Positions 1 through 9,288 of a stretch of 28,276 nucleotides of DNA are shown here, piece by piece. Under the pieces are notes generated by a model. It made no database searches. It was not told where the DNA came from and saw nothing but the letters and a program-made list of their open reading frames with translations. Position numbers and translations under genes: made by a program. The DNA is taken from IMG/VR virus record IMGVR_UViG_3300012171_000004, positions 1 through 28,276 of that record; one strand, written 5' to 3'. Source of the stretch: a virus (Duplodnaviria > Caudoviricetes). Every line of letters begins with the position of its first letter. Within the stretch, counting starts at the first letter, position 1.

Positions 1-342
1 GACCTCACGGGTGCCGACCTCACGGGTGCCGTCGGAGTAACCGCGCCGACAATCCCGAACATCGACGCCGCTATTCTGGCCGCAATCGAATCGCCAAATT
101 GCACGCTCAACATGAGCGATTGGCACACCTGCGAGACAACTCATTGCCGCGCCGGATGGGCGGTCCATCTGGCCGGACTGCCGGGCAAGATTCTGGAAGA
201 TCGCATCGGCCCAGCCGGTGCCGGTGCGCTGATCTACGCGGCATCGCGACCCGGCAAGCCGATCCCGAATTTCTACGACGACAATGAAGAGGCGATGGCG
301 GACATTCGGCGTTGCGCAGCGGAAAGCGAGGCCGCGAAATGA
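1..342 (+). CDS. Pentapeptide-repeat protein, C-terminal part (5' partial)
   Basis: Frame 1 reads DLTGADLTGA, then a domain with WHTCETTHCRAGWAVHLAG, typical of phage pentapeptide-repeat proteins; stop at 340-342. Confidence 0.8.
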   Translation, partial: DLTGADLTGAVGVTAPTIPNIDAAILAAIESPNCTLNMSDWHTCETTHCRAGWAVHLAGLPGKILEDRIGPAGAGALIYAASRPGKPIPNFYDDNEEAMADIRRCAAESEAAK

Positions 343-836
343 TCCCAGCCAAACAAAAAAACCGCTCGCTCTGCGCCAATGGTTGCTGTTTCGAGTGTGA
401 TGCGTGCAACGAAAAGCCAGGCATGGCGATCTTGTGCGCCGATTGCTTGGCGAGACGAACAGCATGCAATTCCAGGGGCCACGAAATGAAATGCTCCATT
501 GCCAGTTGCCCAAACCAAGGCATACCGCGCGACAAAAACTCGCGCGTCCGCGTACTTTGTGCGCGCCGACATGGAGAAAGAACGATGCGAGCCAACGAAC
601 CAGCCTTTGCCCGTCCAGCATTCGCGCCTGATGGCGTCGGCTGCGAAGATTGCGAAATCAGCGCGTCGCAAGACGGCTTGACGATCCGGGAGTATTTCGC
701 GGCGAAAGCCATGCAAGCGCTGATCACCCGCGATGGCGTCTGCAAGCCCCACATCCCGTCAAATTCATTGTCGTATCCGGATTTGGCGGCGAAGGCTGTA
801 GCGATGGCCGACGCGATGATCGAAGCATTGAAGTGA
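339..836 (+). CDS. Hypothetical phage protein; Cys-rich N-terminus fused in frame to a PAF..GLTIREYFAAKAMQ..ADAM domain (alternative start 585)
   Basis: ATGA overlap with upstream stop; internal GGAG..ATG at 585; the C-terminal motif is common in small phage proteins. Confidence 0.6.
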   Translation: MIPAKQKNRSLCANGCCFECDACNEKPGMAILCADCLARRTACNSRGHEMKCSIASCPNQGIPRDKNSRVRVLCARRHGERTMRANEPAFARPAFAPDGVGCEDCEISASQDGLTIREYFAAKAMQALITRDGVCKPHIPSNSLSYPDLAAKAVAMADAMIEALK

Positions 837-860
837 TGCCCATGAAAGCCGGTGACCGGC

Positions 861-1112
861 ATGGACAGCGAAAAGGAGTTTCTGACTGCAAACGAAATGG
901 CCGACAAGCTCGGACTCCAGGTTACTACCTTCAAGCGCCTTGTGGCGACCGGCGTTTTGCCGCACGCAATGCCGATCACTGGCGGAAAACTGAAACTCTA
1001 CAAGAGGTCAGAAATAGCCGGAATGCTTTGGCTGATTGACCTTAGAGCAATGAATCGGCTCAGAAAGTCAACGCCAAACGAAATTGAGGCGGACGCGGAA
1101 GATGAATTGTGA
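861..1112 (+). CDS. Excisionase/AlpA-like helix-turn-helix DNA-binding protein
   Basis: FLTANEMADKLGLQVTTFKRLVATGVLP...LYKRSEI pattern. Confidence 0.7.
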   Translation: MDSEKEFLTANEMADKLGLQVTTFKRLVATGVLPHAMPITGGKLKLYKRSEIAGMLWLIDLRAMNRLRKSTPNEIEADAEDEL

Positions 1113-1218
1113 AGAGGACGATTTTCAGGTTCTTTACCGCTCGCTTGCGCCCATGGGCGTTCGCTGGAAACCACGGCCCCAAATGGTCATCGAAGGTTGG
1201 TAGTATTTTCCGGACGCA

Positions 1219-1337
1219 CAGGTGCAGGCGAAGGGTCGCACCATCGACGATCGAACCGGCAGGCTGACTCTCGTTTTAACCCACATGGAGCCGGTTTGCT
1301 TAGATGGGGCTTCTTGGTTCGAATCCAAGGCACCTGA
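1219..1337 (+). ncRNA. tRNA-like structured RNA (119 nt, non-canonical)
   Basis: Acceptor stem CAGGTGC(1219-25)/GCACCTG(1330-36) plus A; T-arm CTTGG-TTCGAAT-CCAAG (1313-29); GCGA-AGGG-TCGC D-like arm; long inner arm CCATC/GATGG and AACCGGC/GCCGGTT. Confidence 0.6.
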
Positions 1338-1340
1338 CTT

Positions 1341-1686
1341 ATGGCAACGCAACGCGATCTTTTTGGATTCACGACCGGTGCGAGCGACGCATATGGTGCG
1401 CCCCTTGCCGCTGCCGCCGACCCGATCACGAGCCACGAGGCCGCGGCGAAGCACAAGGCGTCCGGCAAGCTCGGTGCCCATGCGGCAATCGTCCTTGACC
1501 TCGTGCGGCGCTGCACGCGGGCCGAACTCTGGCAGTTCACGAGCCGAACAAGCGATCGAGCTAGGCGACCAGACGGAATTGCAACGTCGGCTTTCTGGCC
1601 TCATGAATGAAAAGTTGATTCGGCAAGCGGCTCAGCGACGGTGCAAAGTCAAGGGATCGCGCATGGTCACATGGGAGGCAACATGA
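1341..1686 (+). pseudogene. Frameshifted winged-HTH-type phage protein (DPxTSHxAA family)
   Basis: N-terminus DPITSHEAAAK in the frame of 1341; a plausible C-terminus ELQRRLSGL...RRCKVKGSRMVTW lies in another frame after about 1540. Confidence 0.5.
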
Positions 1687-1841
1687 CACAGAAGCCGTTA
1701 CTACCTGCAAAGAAAGACGACTACTGGCCGTGTGCGTGCGTCAAACGCGACCGCAACGGCAACATGAAGGCGATCAAACTCAACCATCCGCAGGTAACGC
1801 AGTGCCGAGTTTGCAAGTGCACAAAACCCGAAAAGGAATGA
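1683..1841 (+). CDS. Small Cys-rich hypothetical protein
   Basis: GGAGG RBS, ATGA overlap, CAC and CRVC motifs. Confidence 0.55.
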   Translation: MTQKPLLPAKKDDYWPCACVKRDRNGNMKAIKLNHPQVTQCRVCKCTKPEKE

Positions 1842-1860
1842 ACCAACAGGACCGGGCTGG

Positions 1861-2307
1861 ATGCCTGTGGAGGATGGGCTGCATGCTGCGGCCAGACCCA
1901 AGAAGGGACCGGCGCCACGGATCGGCGCCATTTTGAAACAACGGCCGGTCAATGCGTTTGGCAGCGAGCCACACGGGAACGCGTGCACGGTGTACGTGCA
2001 GCCGGCCAACCCACACCGGAGCGGTGCAAGAAGGAGCGCGGCATTGAACGACCGGGAAAAAGACGTGTTGGCATGGATCGTTGCCGCCGCCGATGCGGCA
2101 GACACCGACGGCAGCGACACCGAATGCTTGCTGGCGACTCTCGAGCAAATGCACGATCAAGTGGAAAGCGACATTCCCGGGCTGGCTCACGTCGTCCGCC
2201 GCGGCTTACTGCGAATGCTCCGCGACGTGAAAGACCATGCTCGACGGTTTTCGAGGCAACCCGAGCAATTGCCGGAACCTGGACGTGAACCCAGGCCGGC
2301 GGCCTGA
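1861..2307 (+). CDS. Hypothetical protein
   Basis: 148-aa ORF in operon orientation; start uncertain. Confidence 0.45.
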   Translation: MPVEDGLHAAARPKKGPAPRIGAILKQRPVNAFGSEPHGNACTVYVQPANPHRSGARRSAALNDREKDVLAWIVAAADAADTDGSDTECLLATLEQMHDQVESDIPGLAHVVRRGLLRMLRDVKDHARRFSRQPEQLPEPGREPRPAA

Positions 2308-2370
2308 AAATCGCCGCGCTGCCGCGGGGCGCCCCCGCCTACCGTTGCGGGACGCGGCAGCCGGCGTTTT
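2307..2370 (+). terminator. Long GC hairpin ending in TTTT (possible terminator or processing site)
   Basis: AAAATCGCCGCGCTGCCGCG pairs with CGCGGCAGCCGGCGTTTT; inner CCCGC/GCGGG stem. Confidence 0.4.
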
Positions 2371-2405
2371 GACCAACGAATCTGTTTGTCCATGGAGGGA
2401 CGGTT

Positions 2406-2774
2406 ATGGAGATCGTTCATTTAGCGTTTTGGTGCGCGTTTCTAGCCATCCTGGGTGCGCTAGTTCGCGCCGCGATTTGCCGAGGGCCTCCGATGAAACA
2501 GAAGGCATGCCGACGCGACGAACCATTGACGGACAGCCCGATCGTCGAGAACGACGACGCCCTACCGACGCCCAAGGAATACCGCGGCTATGCCGATCGG
2601 TTGTTCGACGCCATTGTGAAACTGTTTCGCCGCATGCCGGAGCTTCGAAGGTCGACCGTGAAGGAGTTGTTCACCGCCGGTCATACGGAGCTTTCCGACG
2701 TCGGCCCGACGACGCTCGCGCAAAGAACTTGGGCATTCGCCGGCGCGTTGCGAGCAACCGATCCGGCCATTTGA
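2406..2774 (+). CDS. Hypothetical protein with N-terminal transmembrane segment
   Basis: GGAGG RBS; hydrophobic LAFWCAFLAILGALV. Confidence 0.6.
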   Translation: MEIVHLAFWCAFLAILGALVRAAICRGPPMKQKACRRDEPLTDSPIVENDDALPTPKEYRGYADRLFDAIVKLFRRMPELRRSTVKELFTAGHTELSDVGPTTLAQRTWAFAGALRATDPAI

Positions 2775-2824
2775 TCAATCACCGTTTCCTGAACACTCTC
2801 CCAGCCCCATTTGGAGGACAGTCC

Positions 2825-4039
2825 ATGTCGAGTGAAGTTGTTATCGTTCCCAGCGACGCGATCATGCCGGTCATCACGATCGACCAGGCCGTGGCCCGCT
2901 ACAAACAAACGGTTGAGTTCACAAAGAAGATCCTCGTCAAAGACCGGGATTTCGGGACCATCCCCGGCACAGAGCGAAAGGACGCCGAGGGCCACAAGAT
3001 CGAAAACAACACGTTGCTCAAGCCCGGCGCCGAAAAACTCTGCACATTCTTCGGTCTGATCGCCGACTATCAGGACGCTGGATCGATCATCGACTTTGAG
3101 ACTGGGCTGTTTCACTTCTCGTACATTTGCATCCTGATGCGCAAGCCGATTCGCGAAATGATCGACGGCAAACTTTGCATCACCGGCGCCGTCGCGGGCA
3201 CGGGGCTCGGTTCGTGCAACAGTCGCGAACGCAAGTATTTTCGCGGAGGCAAGGCCTGTCCGTCATGCGGCGTTCCGGCGATCAAGCGAAGCAAGTACCC
3301 GCCGAAAGACGCGGCTGGAAAAGTGATTGAGGGTGCGCAACCAGGCTGGTATTGCCATGCCAAGGCCGGCGGATGCGGCGCCAACTTCGCCGCGGACGAT
3401 CCGCTCATTCTTGAACAGGCGCAAGTCAACGACCCGGCCGCCGCGGCCGACCTGGTCAACACCATTCAAAAAATGGCGATGAAACGGGCGCTCATCGCGG
3501 CGACTTTGAACGCAACCAACGCAAGCGAATTGTTCGCTGGCGCGGAAGGTGCGGGTGAGGATGAAGACGAAGAAACCAGTCAAAATGGTGAGAAACAAAA
3601 CGGCGCAACGTCACCGCCGCAAATCAAACCCATCGCGCAGGAATACGCGGACAACCTTCGCAAATGGATCGCCTGGGCCGGCGCCGACGAGAAGCTGATC
3701 TGCCGTCACTACAAGATCGAGCGACTCGAATTGTTGCCGCAGATTTCGTACAAGGACTGCGAAAATCGGCTCAAGCAGAAGCACGTTGATTTCATGGCCA
3801 TGACGCCGCCGCCAACAGACGCGCCGCCATCCGATGCGAAGCCCGAATCCCCGCCGGCAGTCACGGAATTGGAGAAGCTGCACATCAGCATCACGAAAGA
3901 GTTCGAGCGCATCGGGCTGAATCAGGACTCGGTCAGCAAACACCTGAACAAGTTCAAAGTGAAAAAAATCGCCGACTTGTCCGAGGGCGCGAGCAAGCTG
4001 CTGCTCGCCGATTTGAAAAAGATGTCGGACGCGGCGTGA
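2825..4039 (+). CDS. Phage recombination / single-strand-annealing-like protein with inserted Zn-binding segment
   Basis: GGAGGA RBS; DFGTIPG..LLKPGAEKL..GSCNSRE..NTIQKMAMKRAL motifs; CPSC..CHAKAGGC insert. Function inferred. Confidence 0.55.
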   Translation: MSSEVVIVPSDAIMPVITIDQAVARYKQTVEFTKKILVKDRDFGTIPGTERKDAEGHKIENNTLLKPGAEKLCTFFGLIADYQDAGSIIDFETGLFHFSYICILMRKPIREMIDGKLCITGAVAGTGLGSCNSRERKYFRGGKACPSCGVPAIKRSKYPPKDAAGKVIEGAQPGWYCHAKAGGCGANFAADDPLILEQAQVNDPAAAADLVNTIQKMAMKRALIAATLNATNASELFAGAEGAGEDEDEETSQNGEKQNGATSPPQIKPIAQEYADNLRKWIAWAGADEKLICRHYKIERLELLPQISYKDCENRLKQKHVDFMAMTPPPTDAPPSDAKPESPPAVTELEKLHISITKEFERIGLNQDSVSKHLNKFKVKKIADLSEGASKLLLADLKKMSDAA

Positions 4040-4094
4040 TGTGGCGTTGTGTTTTTCCACCATGATGGCGGTTGCCGCCGGAGAGGGATGATTG

Positions 4095-4445
4095 ATGAAA
4101 ACGCAGACCATTGCAATCAAAAGCATCGCCCTCAACGGCGGCAATCGCCAATCGATCGACCAGGCCAAACTGAAAGAGCTGGCCGCGTCGATCAAAAAGC
4201 ACGGCCTCATCAACGCGATCGCGGTGCACGCGACGACTAAAGGCCGCTACGACCTGATCGCCGGCGAACGCCGAATCAAGGCTCACGAGCTGCTCGGCAT
4301 CAAGGCGATCGAGGCGAAGGTCTACACCAATTTGTCCGACAGCGAATTGAGAGAAATCCGCGCCGTCGAGAATTTGCAGCGCGAGGACCTTTCTTGTTGG
4401 GAGGAAGCCGAACAACTTGCCGAACTGCGTGTGAAAACGACTTGA
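4095..4445 (+). pseudogene. ParB/Spo0J N-terminal domain, truncated before the HTH
   Basis: LKELAASIKKHGLINAI, LIAGERRIKA, ENLQREDL..EEA; stops at about 116 aa. Confidence 0.75.
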
Positions 4446-4816
4446 CGCATCCGGAGCACGGTAATCACGGATTCCCTGCCAAGACGGTTTGCGCCGTGGT
4501 CTACCAGCGCAATCTGGACGCTGAGGAGCGCGAGGCGCGCGTGCGCGATTAGTTGCAGCCGAGATCGAGCGATTAAATTCAATTAGTTCGCCCACCAACC
4601 CCAAGGAGTCCGACAACATGACCGACGAACCGAAACAGGCCGACCAGGCCACACCGTCCGAAACGCCAAAGAGCGAAGCGCCGCCCGAACAGGCCGCACC
4701 GCCGGCCGAGACGCCCGCGGGCGGTGGTTGATCAACGTGGCCGCGGCCGGTTCACGGATCGGCTGCGGCGGTTTCCTCAACGGGAAGGCGAAGAAATCTG
4801 CCAAGGGAAAACGCTG

Positions 4817-5185
4817 ATGATCAAGATCGAACTCCCATGGCCGCCGAGCATCAACACGTATTGGACGCTCGCCCACGGCAACATCGTCATCAGCGGCGAC
4901 GGCAAGAAATTCCGGTCGCGCGTCCGCGAGACGATCATCGCCATGCGGCAGGCTGGCCGCATCCCGCAAGAGCCGTTGAAAGGCCGGCTCGGCATCTTTG
5001 TGGAGGCGTTTCCGCCAGACGGCCCAAAGCGAAAACGTGATTTATCGAATTTGTGGAAATGCCTACACGATTCATTGGAGCACGCCGAGCTGTTTCTTGA
5101 CGACGAACAATTTGACGATGATCGAATTGTGCGCCGCGAGATCAAGAGCAACGGGCTCATCATCGTCACGATTTGGGAATTGTAA
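4817..5185 (+). CDS. rusA: RusA-family Holliday junction resolvase
   Basis: IELPWPPSINTYW, PPD..KRDLSNLWKCLHDSL, DDEQF. Confidence 0.85.
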   Translation: MIKIELPWPPSINTYWTLAHGNIVISGDGKKFRSRVRETIIAMRQAGRIPQEPLKGRLGIFVEAFPPDGPKRKRDLSNLWKCLHDSLEHAELFLDDEQFDDDRIVRREIKSNGLIIVTIWEL

Positions 5186-5197
5186 AAGGGCTAACCG

Positions 5198-5971
5198 ATG
5201 ACCTCGACAATTGAATGCGAAAGATGCCACTGCGTTTGCCCGAGAACGGGCCCGGTCCAAAAATACTGCCGCGCGTGTTCTGAAATTATGGACATGCAGC
5301 GGAAGAAGGTTTGGGCTCGTGAGCATCCTCAAGAATATACGCAATCGCGAAAAGACGCGATGGCCAAAGTCCATTCGCTAGTCCGAACCGCCGGCGCCGA
5401 AAAAAGCCGAGAGGCCGCTCAATCAATCGCATGGGACACGCAGCCGGTTAGGCTGAACTGGCTCGCCAGAATAGCCGTTCCGTTTTCATACGCTGCCTCG
5501 AAGAATCACCTATACGCCAGCAGGTGCGTTGGACACATTTCACTTCGTGAGGAAACGAACGCTGTCGAAGATGCAATCGCTGAACGCGTTCGCAACATCA
5601 CTCAAGACCAGCGCATCGCACACAACAAAGTTTGGGTCGATCTCCTTATTCAAAAGAACAACCACAAAGGCGACGCCATCAATTTTCTTGAAGTCATTTG
5701 TGACGGGATAAAACGCGGACTCGGCATCGACGATCGGTGGTTTTGCATTCGTAAGCTCGATTGGGAGATCGTGAAGATAGAACCGATGATGTTCATCGGT
5801 TTTGGCCAAGCGTCCGACGTCGATTGCCAGGTCTGTTGTTACTGCGGGCAAATCAAGCCATTCCATTGTTTCGGAAAACGAAAGACCGGCCACCTTGGCA
5901 TTGCGCGTGAGTGCAAAGATTGCAAGCGCGAGGGCCAACACAGAGCGGCCGCGCCCGTGGAGTTGTTGTGA
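5198..5971 (+). CDS. RusA-like fold protein flanked by CxxC Zn-binding motifs
   Basis: VPFSYAASKNHLY, GDAINFLEVICDGI, IDDRWF resemble the RusA pattern; CxxC pairs at both termini. Confidence 0.55.
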   Translation: MTSTIECERCHCVCPRTGPVQKYCRACSEIMDMQRKKVWAREHPQEYTQSRKDAMAKVHSLVRTAGAEKSREAAQSIAWDTQPVRLNWLARIAVPFSYAASKNHLYASRCVGHISLREETNAVEDAIAERVRNITQDQRIAHNKVWVDLLIQKNNHKGDAINFLEVICDGIKRGLGIDDRWFCIRKLDWEIVKIEPMMFIGFGQASDVDCQVCCYCGQIKPFHCFGKRKTGHLGIARECKDCKREGQHRAAAPVELL

Positions 5972-6186
5972 TGCCACAAGCCAAATGGGAAAAGCGCCTC
6001 GATCAATGTGAGGCGGTTCTTGAGCTGTTGAGCGATTTGCCGGAGCAAGGTGAGGACTTTGCCTTGTCGGCCTCGGAGACCGTCGAGAGCATCGCCCGTT
6101 GGATTGAAACACACGAGGACGTAACGCCGCGCCAGTGCGAGGCGCTGGACAACATTCAGCAAGGCGCCGAGGCGTGGAGACAATAA
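5971..6186 (+). CDS. Hypothetical protein
   Basis: TGATG coupling to the upstream gene; 71 aa. Confidence 0.6.
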   Translation: MPQAKWEKRLDQCEAVLELLSDLPEQGEDFALSASETVESIARWIETHEDVTPRQCEALDNIQQGAEAWRQ

Positions 6187-6209
6187 CACCAACACGAAAG
6201 GAATTCCCA

Positions 6210-7133
6210 ATGGCCAGAGGAAGGAAAACCGCCCGCAAGCCGCGACGCAAAGCAGTCAAGATTCACCTGATCCCACGCCCAGAGCGCAAACCGAAAACGC
6301 CTGACCTGGAATGCCCTTACCACTATCTGGACAAGGCACTCGGATACGCCGAGCACGAGCATCTCGCCGAGGCGAACATTGCCGTTGCCTGGATGCTCGA
6401 CGTTAAAGCCAATGCCGACGGCCAGCTTGTTCTCGGCAAGACACGTCGCGAGGGCGACCTCGACCGGGAGAAAACGTCGCTCCTGGGCGGCGGCAAAAAC
6501 ACGTTCGATTTCATTGTCAGCCTGAACTCAACGGCGTGGAAACACTTCAACGAGAAACAACGCGAAGCCGTGATGTTCCATTGCTTGTGTTTCGGCGGTG
6601 TCGCGCGCGATCGGAAAACCGATGAAGTGATGCGCGACGAGCGCGACCGAATCGTCTATCGAATCAAGAAAGAGGACGTACGCGAATTCGCGGCCGTCAT
6701 TCGTCGATTCGGACTGTACACGCACAGCCTCCAGCAATTCGCCAAGGCCATCGAAGAGGCCCCGCTGTTCAAGGACTTGCCTGACCCGCCGCCGACAAAA
6801 GCGCCCGAAAAAAACCCGAACGAACAAGACGTGCCGAACGAGCCGGATGCCGAATCCAACGGCAAGGTCAACGGCCACGCGCACGCGAACGTTGACGAAA
6901 CCTGGCGCGCCATTCCAATCGGCGAGGCGCTGCAAGGCCTGGGTAGCCGCATCTACAAGGTGTTCGAAGACGCAGAGATCAACACCCTTGGCGACCTCAC
7001 GGACTACCAAGCCAAGAAAGGCGACTTCTGGGTCAAGGACCTGGCCGGCGTCGGACCGAAGGCAGCCGAGGACATCGCGGATGCGTCCGAAGCGTTCTGG
7101 AAACGACACAAGAAGCAAATGGCATCCGCGTGA
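6210..7133 (+). CDS. Phage metallopeptidase-like domain (degenerate) plus C-terminal HhH / RNAP alpha-CTD-like domain
   Basis: AAGGA RBS; HEHLAEANIA, DFIVSLN..W, DVREFAAVIRRFG; C-terminal GLGSRIYKVFEDAEINTLGDL..GVGPKA. Confidence 0.65.
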   Translation: MARGRKTARKPRRKAVKIHLIPRPERKPKTPDLECPYHYLDKALGYAEHEHLAEANIAVAWMLDVKANADGQLVLGKTRREGDLDREKTSLLGGGKNTFDFIVSLNSTAWKHFNEKQREAVMFHCLCFGGVARDRKTDEVMRDERDRIVYRIKKEDVREFAAVIRRFGLYTHSLQQFAKAIEEAPLFKDLPDPPPTKAPEKNPNEQDVPNEPDAESNGKVNGHAHANVDETWRAIPIGEALQGLGSRIYKVFEDAEINTLGDLTDYQAKKGDFWVKDLAGVGPKAAEDIADASEAFWKRHKKQMASA

Positions 7134-7140
7134 TTTCCAA

Positions 7141-7204
7141 GCCTCTCTGCGCGTCGCAGAGGCAACCGGCCGCCGTGTCCTACAAGGCAGCGGCCGGGGT
7201 TTTC
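7141..7204 (+). terminator. Double hairpin followed by TTTT
   Basis: GCCTCTCTGCG/CGCAGAGGC and CCGGCCGC/GCGGCCGG stems in the intergenic gap. Confidence 0.35.
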
Positions 7205-7213
7205 TGAAAAGGA

Positions 7214-7924
7214 ATGGGCATGCAACCGACGGCGACAATTCTGAATTCCGATTGCATCCGCGGCATGGCCGAGATGGTGCCGGGGACCGTGCATCTTGCG
7301 GTGTCGTCGATTCCGTTCGAGGCCCTTTTCGTTTATTCAGGCAAAGATGAAGACGTTGGCAACAACGGCAGCACGATCGACATACTGAAAGGCCGTTTCG
7401 CGCTCAACCTTCGCTTTTTCGCCGAACAGCTTTTCCGCGTGCTCGCGCCTGGGTGCAACTGGTGTTGCCACATTCAGCAGTTGCTGGCCTACAAGAACCA
7501 GCACGGATTCTCTGGCCGCCGCGACTTCCGCGGCGCCACCGTCGACATCTTCGGCGCCGCCGGCTTCCAATTCAAAGGCGAAGTCGCGATCAACAAGGAT
7601 CCGCAGGCGCTGGCAAACAAGCTGAACCTGCACAGCCTGCAATTCAAGACCGGCCACAGTCGCACGGCAACGGATTGGGCGATGGCGCCGAACGATTACG
7701 TACTCATCTTCCAGAAGCCAGGTGAAGTTGCCGTGCCTGTTCGCCCGTTGATCTACCGCGAAGGAAAACGGCCGCTGAAACGCGACGATTGGTTCAAACA
7801 CAACGGCGCTAAAGACGATCGCCGCTACGTCACCTACCTGCGCAATTGGGGCGACGAAGTAAAAGCAAAGAACCCGCGCGGCTGGCTCAGCATGTACGAC
7901 TGGATTGGGCAATTATCCATTTGA
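7214..7924 (+). pseudogene. N4/N6 DNA methyltransferase, N-terminal half, truncated by IS1595 element 1
   Basis: NSDCIRGM, SSIPF (motif IV-like), RVLAPG, DYVLIFQKPG; no FxGxG motif; stop supplied by the IS end. Confidence 0.8.
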
Positions 7925-7963
7925 CTCATCAACGGCCATTTACAGCAAAGGGCGAACCGATGC

Positions 7964-8101
7964 TTAGGTTTTTTTGCGTTTTGCTTTTTTCTTCCGGTAT
8001 CGTTTTTCCGCGCGATCAAGTTCCTTCTTTGGAACCTGCACCAGCTTGCCGAGCAGCGCGTCAAACGCCTGTCCGCCTGTCGGTTTTTTCTCGTCAGCCA
8101 T
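7964..8101 (-). CDS. Small basic IS-associated protein (FDxL..L.QVPK.E.D..K-rich)
   Basis: GGGAGGGAG RBS; three more homologues in the window, each next to an element right end. Confidence 0.7.
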   Translation of the reverse strand: MADEKKPTGGQAFDALLGKLVQVPKKELDRAEKRYRKKKAKRKKT

Positions 8102-8115
8102 TGGACTCCCTCCCG

Positions 8116-9096
8116 TTACTGAATGCCCATGAAACCGGCGTCCCCGATCGCGCACAGCACGCGATAGGTGACGCGCTTGCCAACGACGCCTTGCATCACC
8201 GCATTGAACCGCGAGCCGTCATCCATCAAGCGGAAGTTGAAACGCCAAGCCTCTTCGTCGATGTACCGATCCAGGTGAAACGGCGCGACGTGGACGTAGG
8301 TTCCGCGAATCATCCGCTTCAACAGACTCCAGAAATTTTCGAGGCCGTTCGTGTGGACCTTGCCTTCCGCGTACTTCACGGAATGGTCAACGAAACGGTG
8401 AATGTACCGGGCCGCGATGTTTGCGTAGCTCGTGCTGCTGTCGGTGCAGACGACGGTATCCTTTTCTACGCGGCGCAGGAGTTCGCCCATCAGCGTTTCT
8501 TGTTCCGTGTTCGGGACGACTCTCGCCATGACCTGGCTGGTTTGGTCGCCGCGCTTTTCCCCGCGCTGCAAGACGCCGTGAACGATAGTCTTGCCCACGG
8601 CCCCGCGCCCCTGGATGACGCGCTCGCGTTTGGCCGCGTGCATGTTCTCCGCCAGTCCGCCGACGAAAGTTTCGTCGCTCTCGACTACATCGCGAAATTT
8701 GCGCCCGGTGGGCGTTCCTCCCATTGCCAAGCGGATGCGATGAAGCATGAACCACGCGGTAGGCTGGCGAACGCCGAGCGCCCGCGCGAGTTCGCAACTG
8801 CTGATGCCGTTCTTGGCGTTGGCGATGCACCACACGGCCACGAACCACTTATCCAAGCCGAGCGGCGAATCTTCAAAGATCGTTCCGACCTTGGCGGAAA
8901 ATTGCTTGCGGCATTCCTTCGCCTTGCATTGCAGCATGGACCGGCTGGCGATGACGCCGATCTTGTCGCCGGCGCACGCTGGGCAGACGATCTTGCCATC
9001 GGGCCATTTCTGTTTGACCAGCAGTTGCTGGCAGATAGCCAAGTCAGAGAAATGCCTTACCGCTTCGATCAAGGTTTTTGGGCCGTTCTCGTTCAT
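8116..9096 (-). CDS. IS1595-family DDE transposase
   Basis: Zn ribbon CPAC..CKAKEC, HTH ISSCELARALGVRQPTAW, catalytic-region motifs ESDET, TD, HTNGLENFWSLLKR, YIDEEAWRFN. Confidence 0.96.
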   Translation of the reverse strand: MNENGPKTLIEAVRHFSDLAICQQLLVKQKWPDGKIVCPACAGDKIGVIASRSMLQCKAKECRKQFSAKVGTIFEDSPLGLDKWFVAVWCIANAKNGISSCELARALGVRQPTAWFMLHRIRLAMGGTPTGRKFRDVVESDETFVGGLAENMHAAKRERVIQGRGAVGKTIVHGVLQRGEKRGDQTSQVMARVVPNTEQETLMGELLRRVEKDTVVCTDSSTSYANIAARYIHRFVDHSVKYAEGKVHTNGLENFWSLLKRMIRGTYVHVAPFHLDRYIDEEAWRFNFRLMDDGSRFNAVMQGVVGKRVTYRVLCAIGDAGFMGIQ

Positions 9097-9099
9097 GGG

Positions 9100-9285
9100 T
9101 TACTCTCCACAGAGGCGGTTGTATTCGTCACGCTCGCGCAGGACTTCCTCTGGCGTCTTGCCGTGCCACACGCCGCCGACGATCTTCCCATCGTCGCCGA
9201 TCTTCGGACCGCGCAGCAACTCCAGCAATTTTTGTTCGTCGTCGCCGAACGGCAAGCAATCATCGGGGATCGGTTCAATGGTCAT
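9100..9285 (-). CDS. Small hypothetical cargo protein
   Basis: AGGAG RBS; 3-nt gaps to both neighbours. Confidence 0.65.
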   Translation of the reverse strand: MTIEPIPDDCLPFGDDEQKLLELLRGPKIGDDGKIVGGVWHGKTPEEVLRERDEYNRLCGE

Positions 9286-9288
9286 TGT

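Noticed and set aside
2237-2824. N-terminal extensions in the ORF track (also 24778-25128, 23155-23376, 11032-11091)
   Set aside because: They overlap better-supported genes or IS ends; downstream starts have an RBS or translational coupling.
4440-4451. ACTTGACGCATC matches the core of the IS ends, at the ParB truncation point
   Set aside because: The terminal GGCAAT half is absent and the match is explained by codons for the LTHPEH fragment; probably chance.
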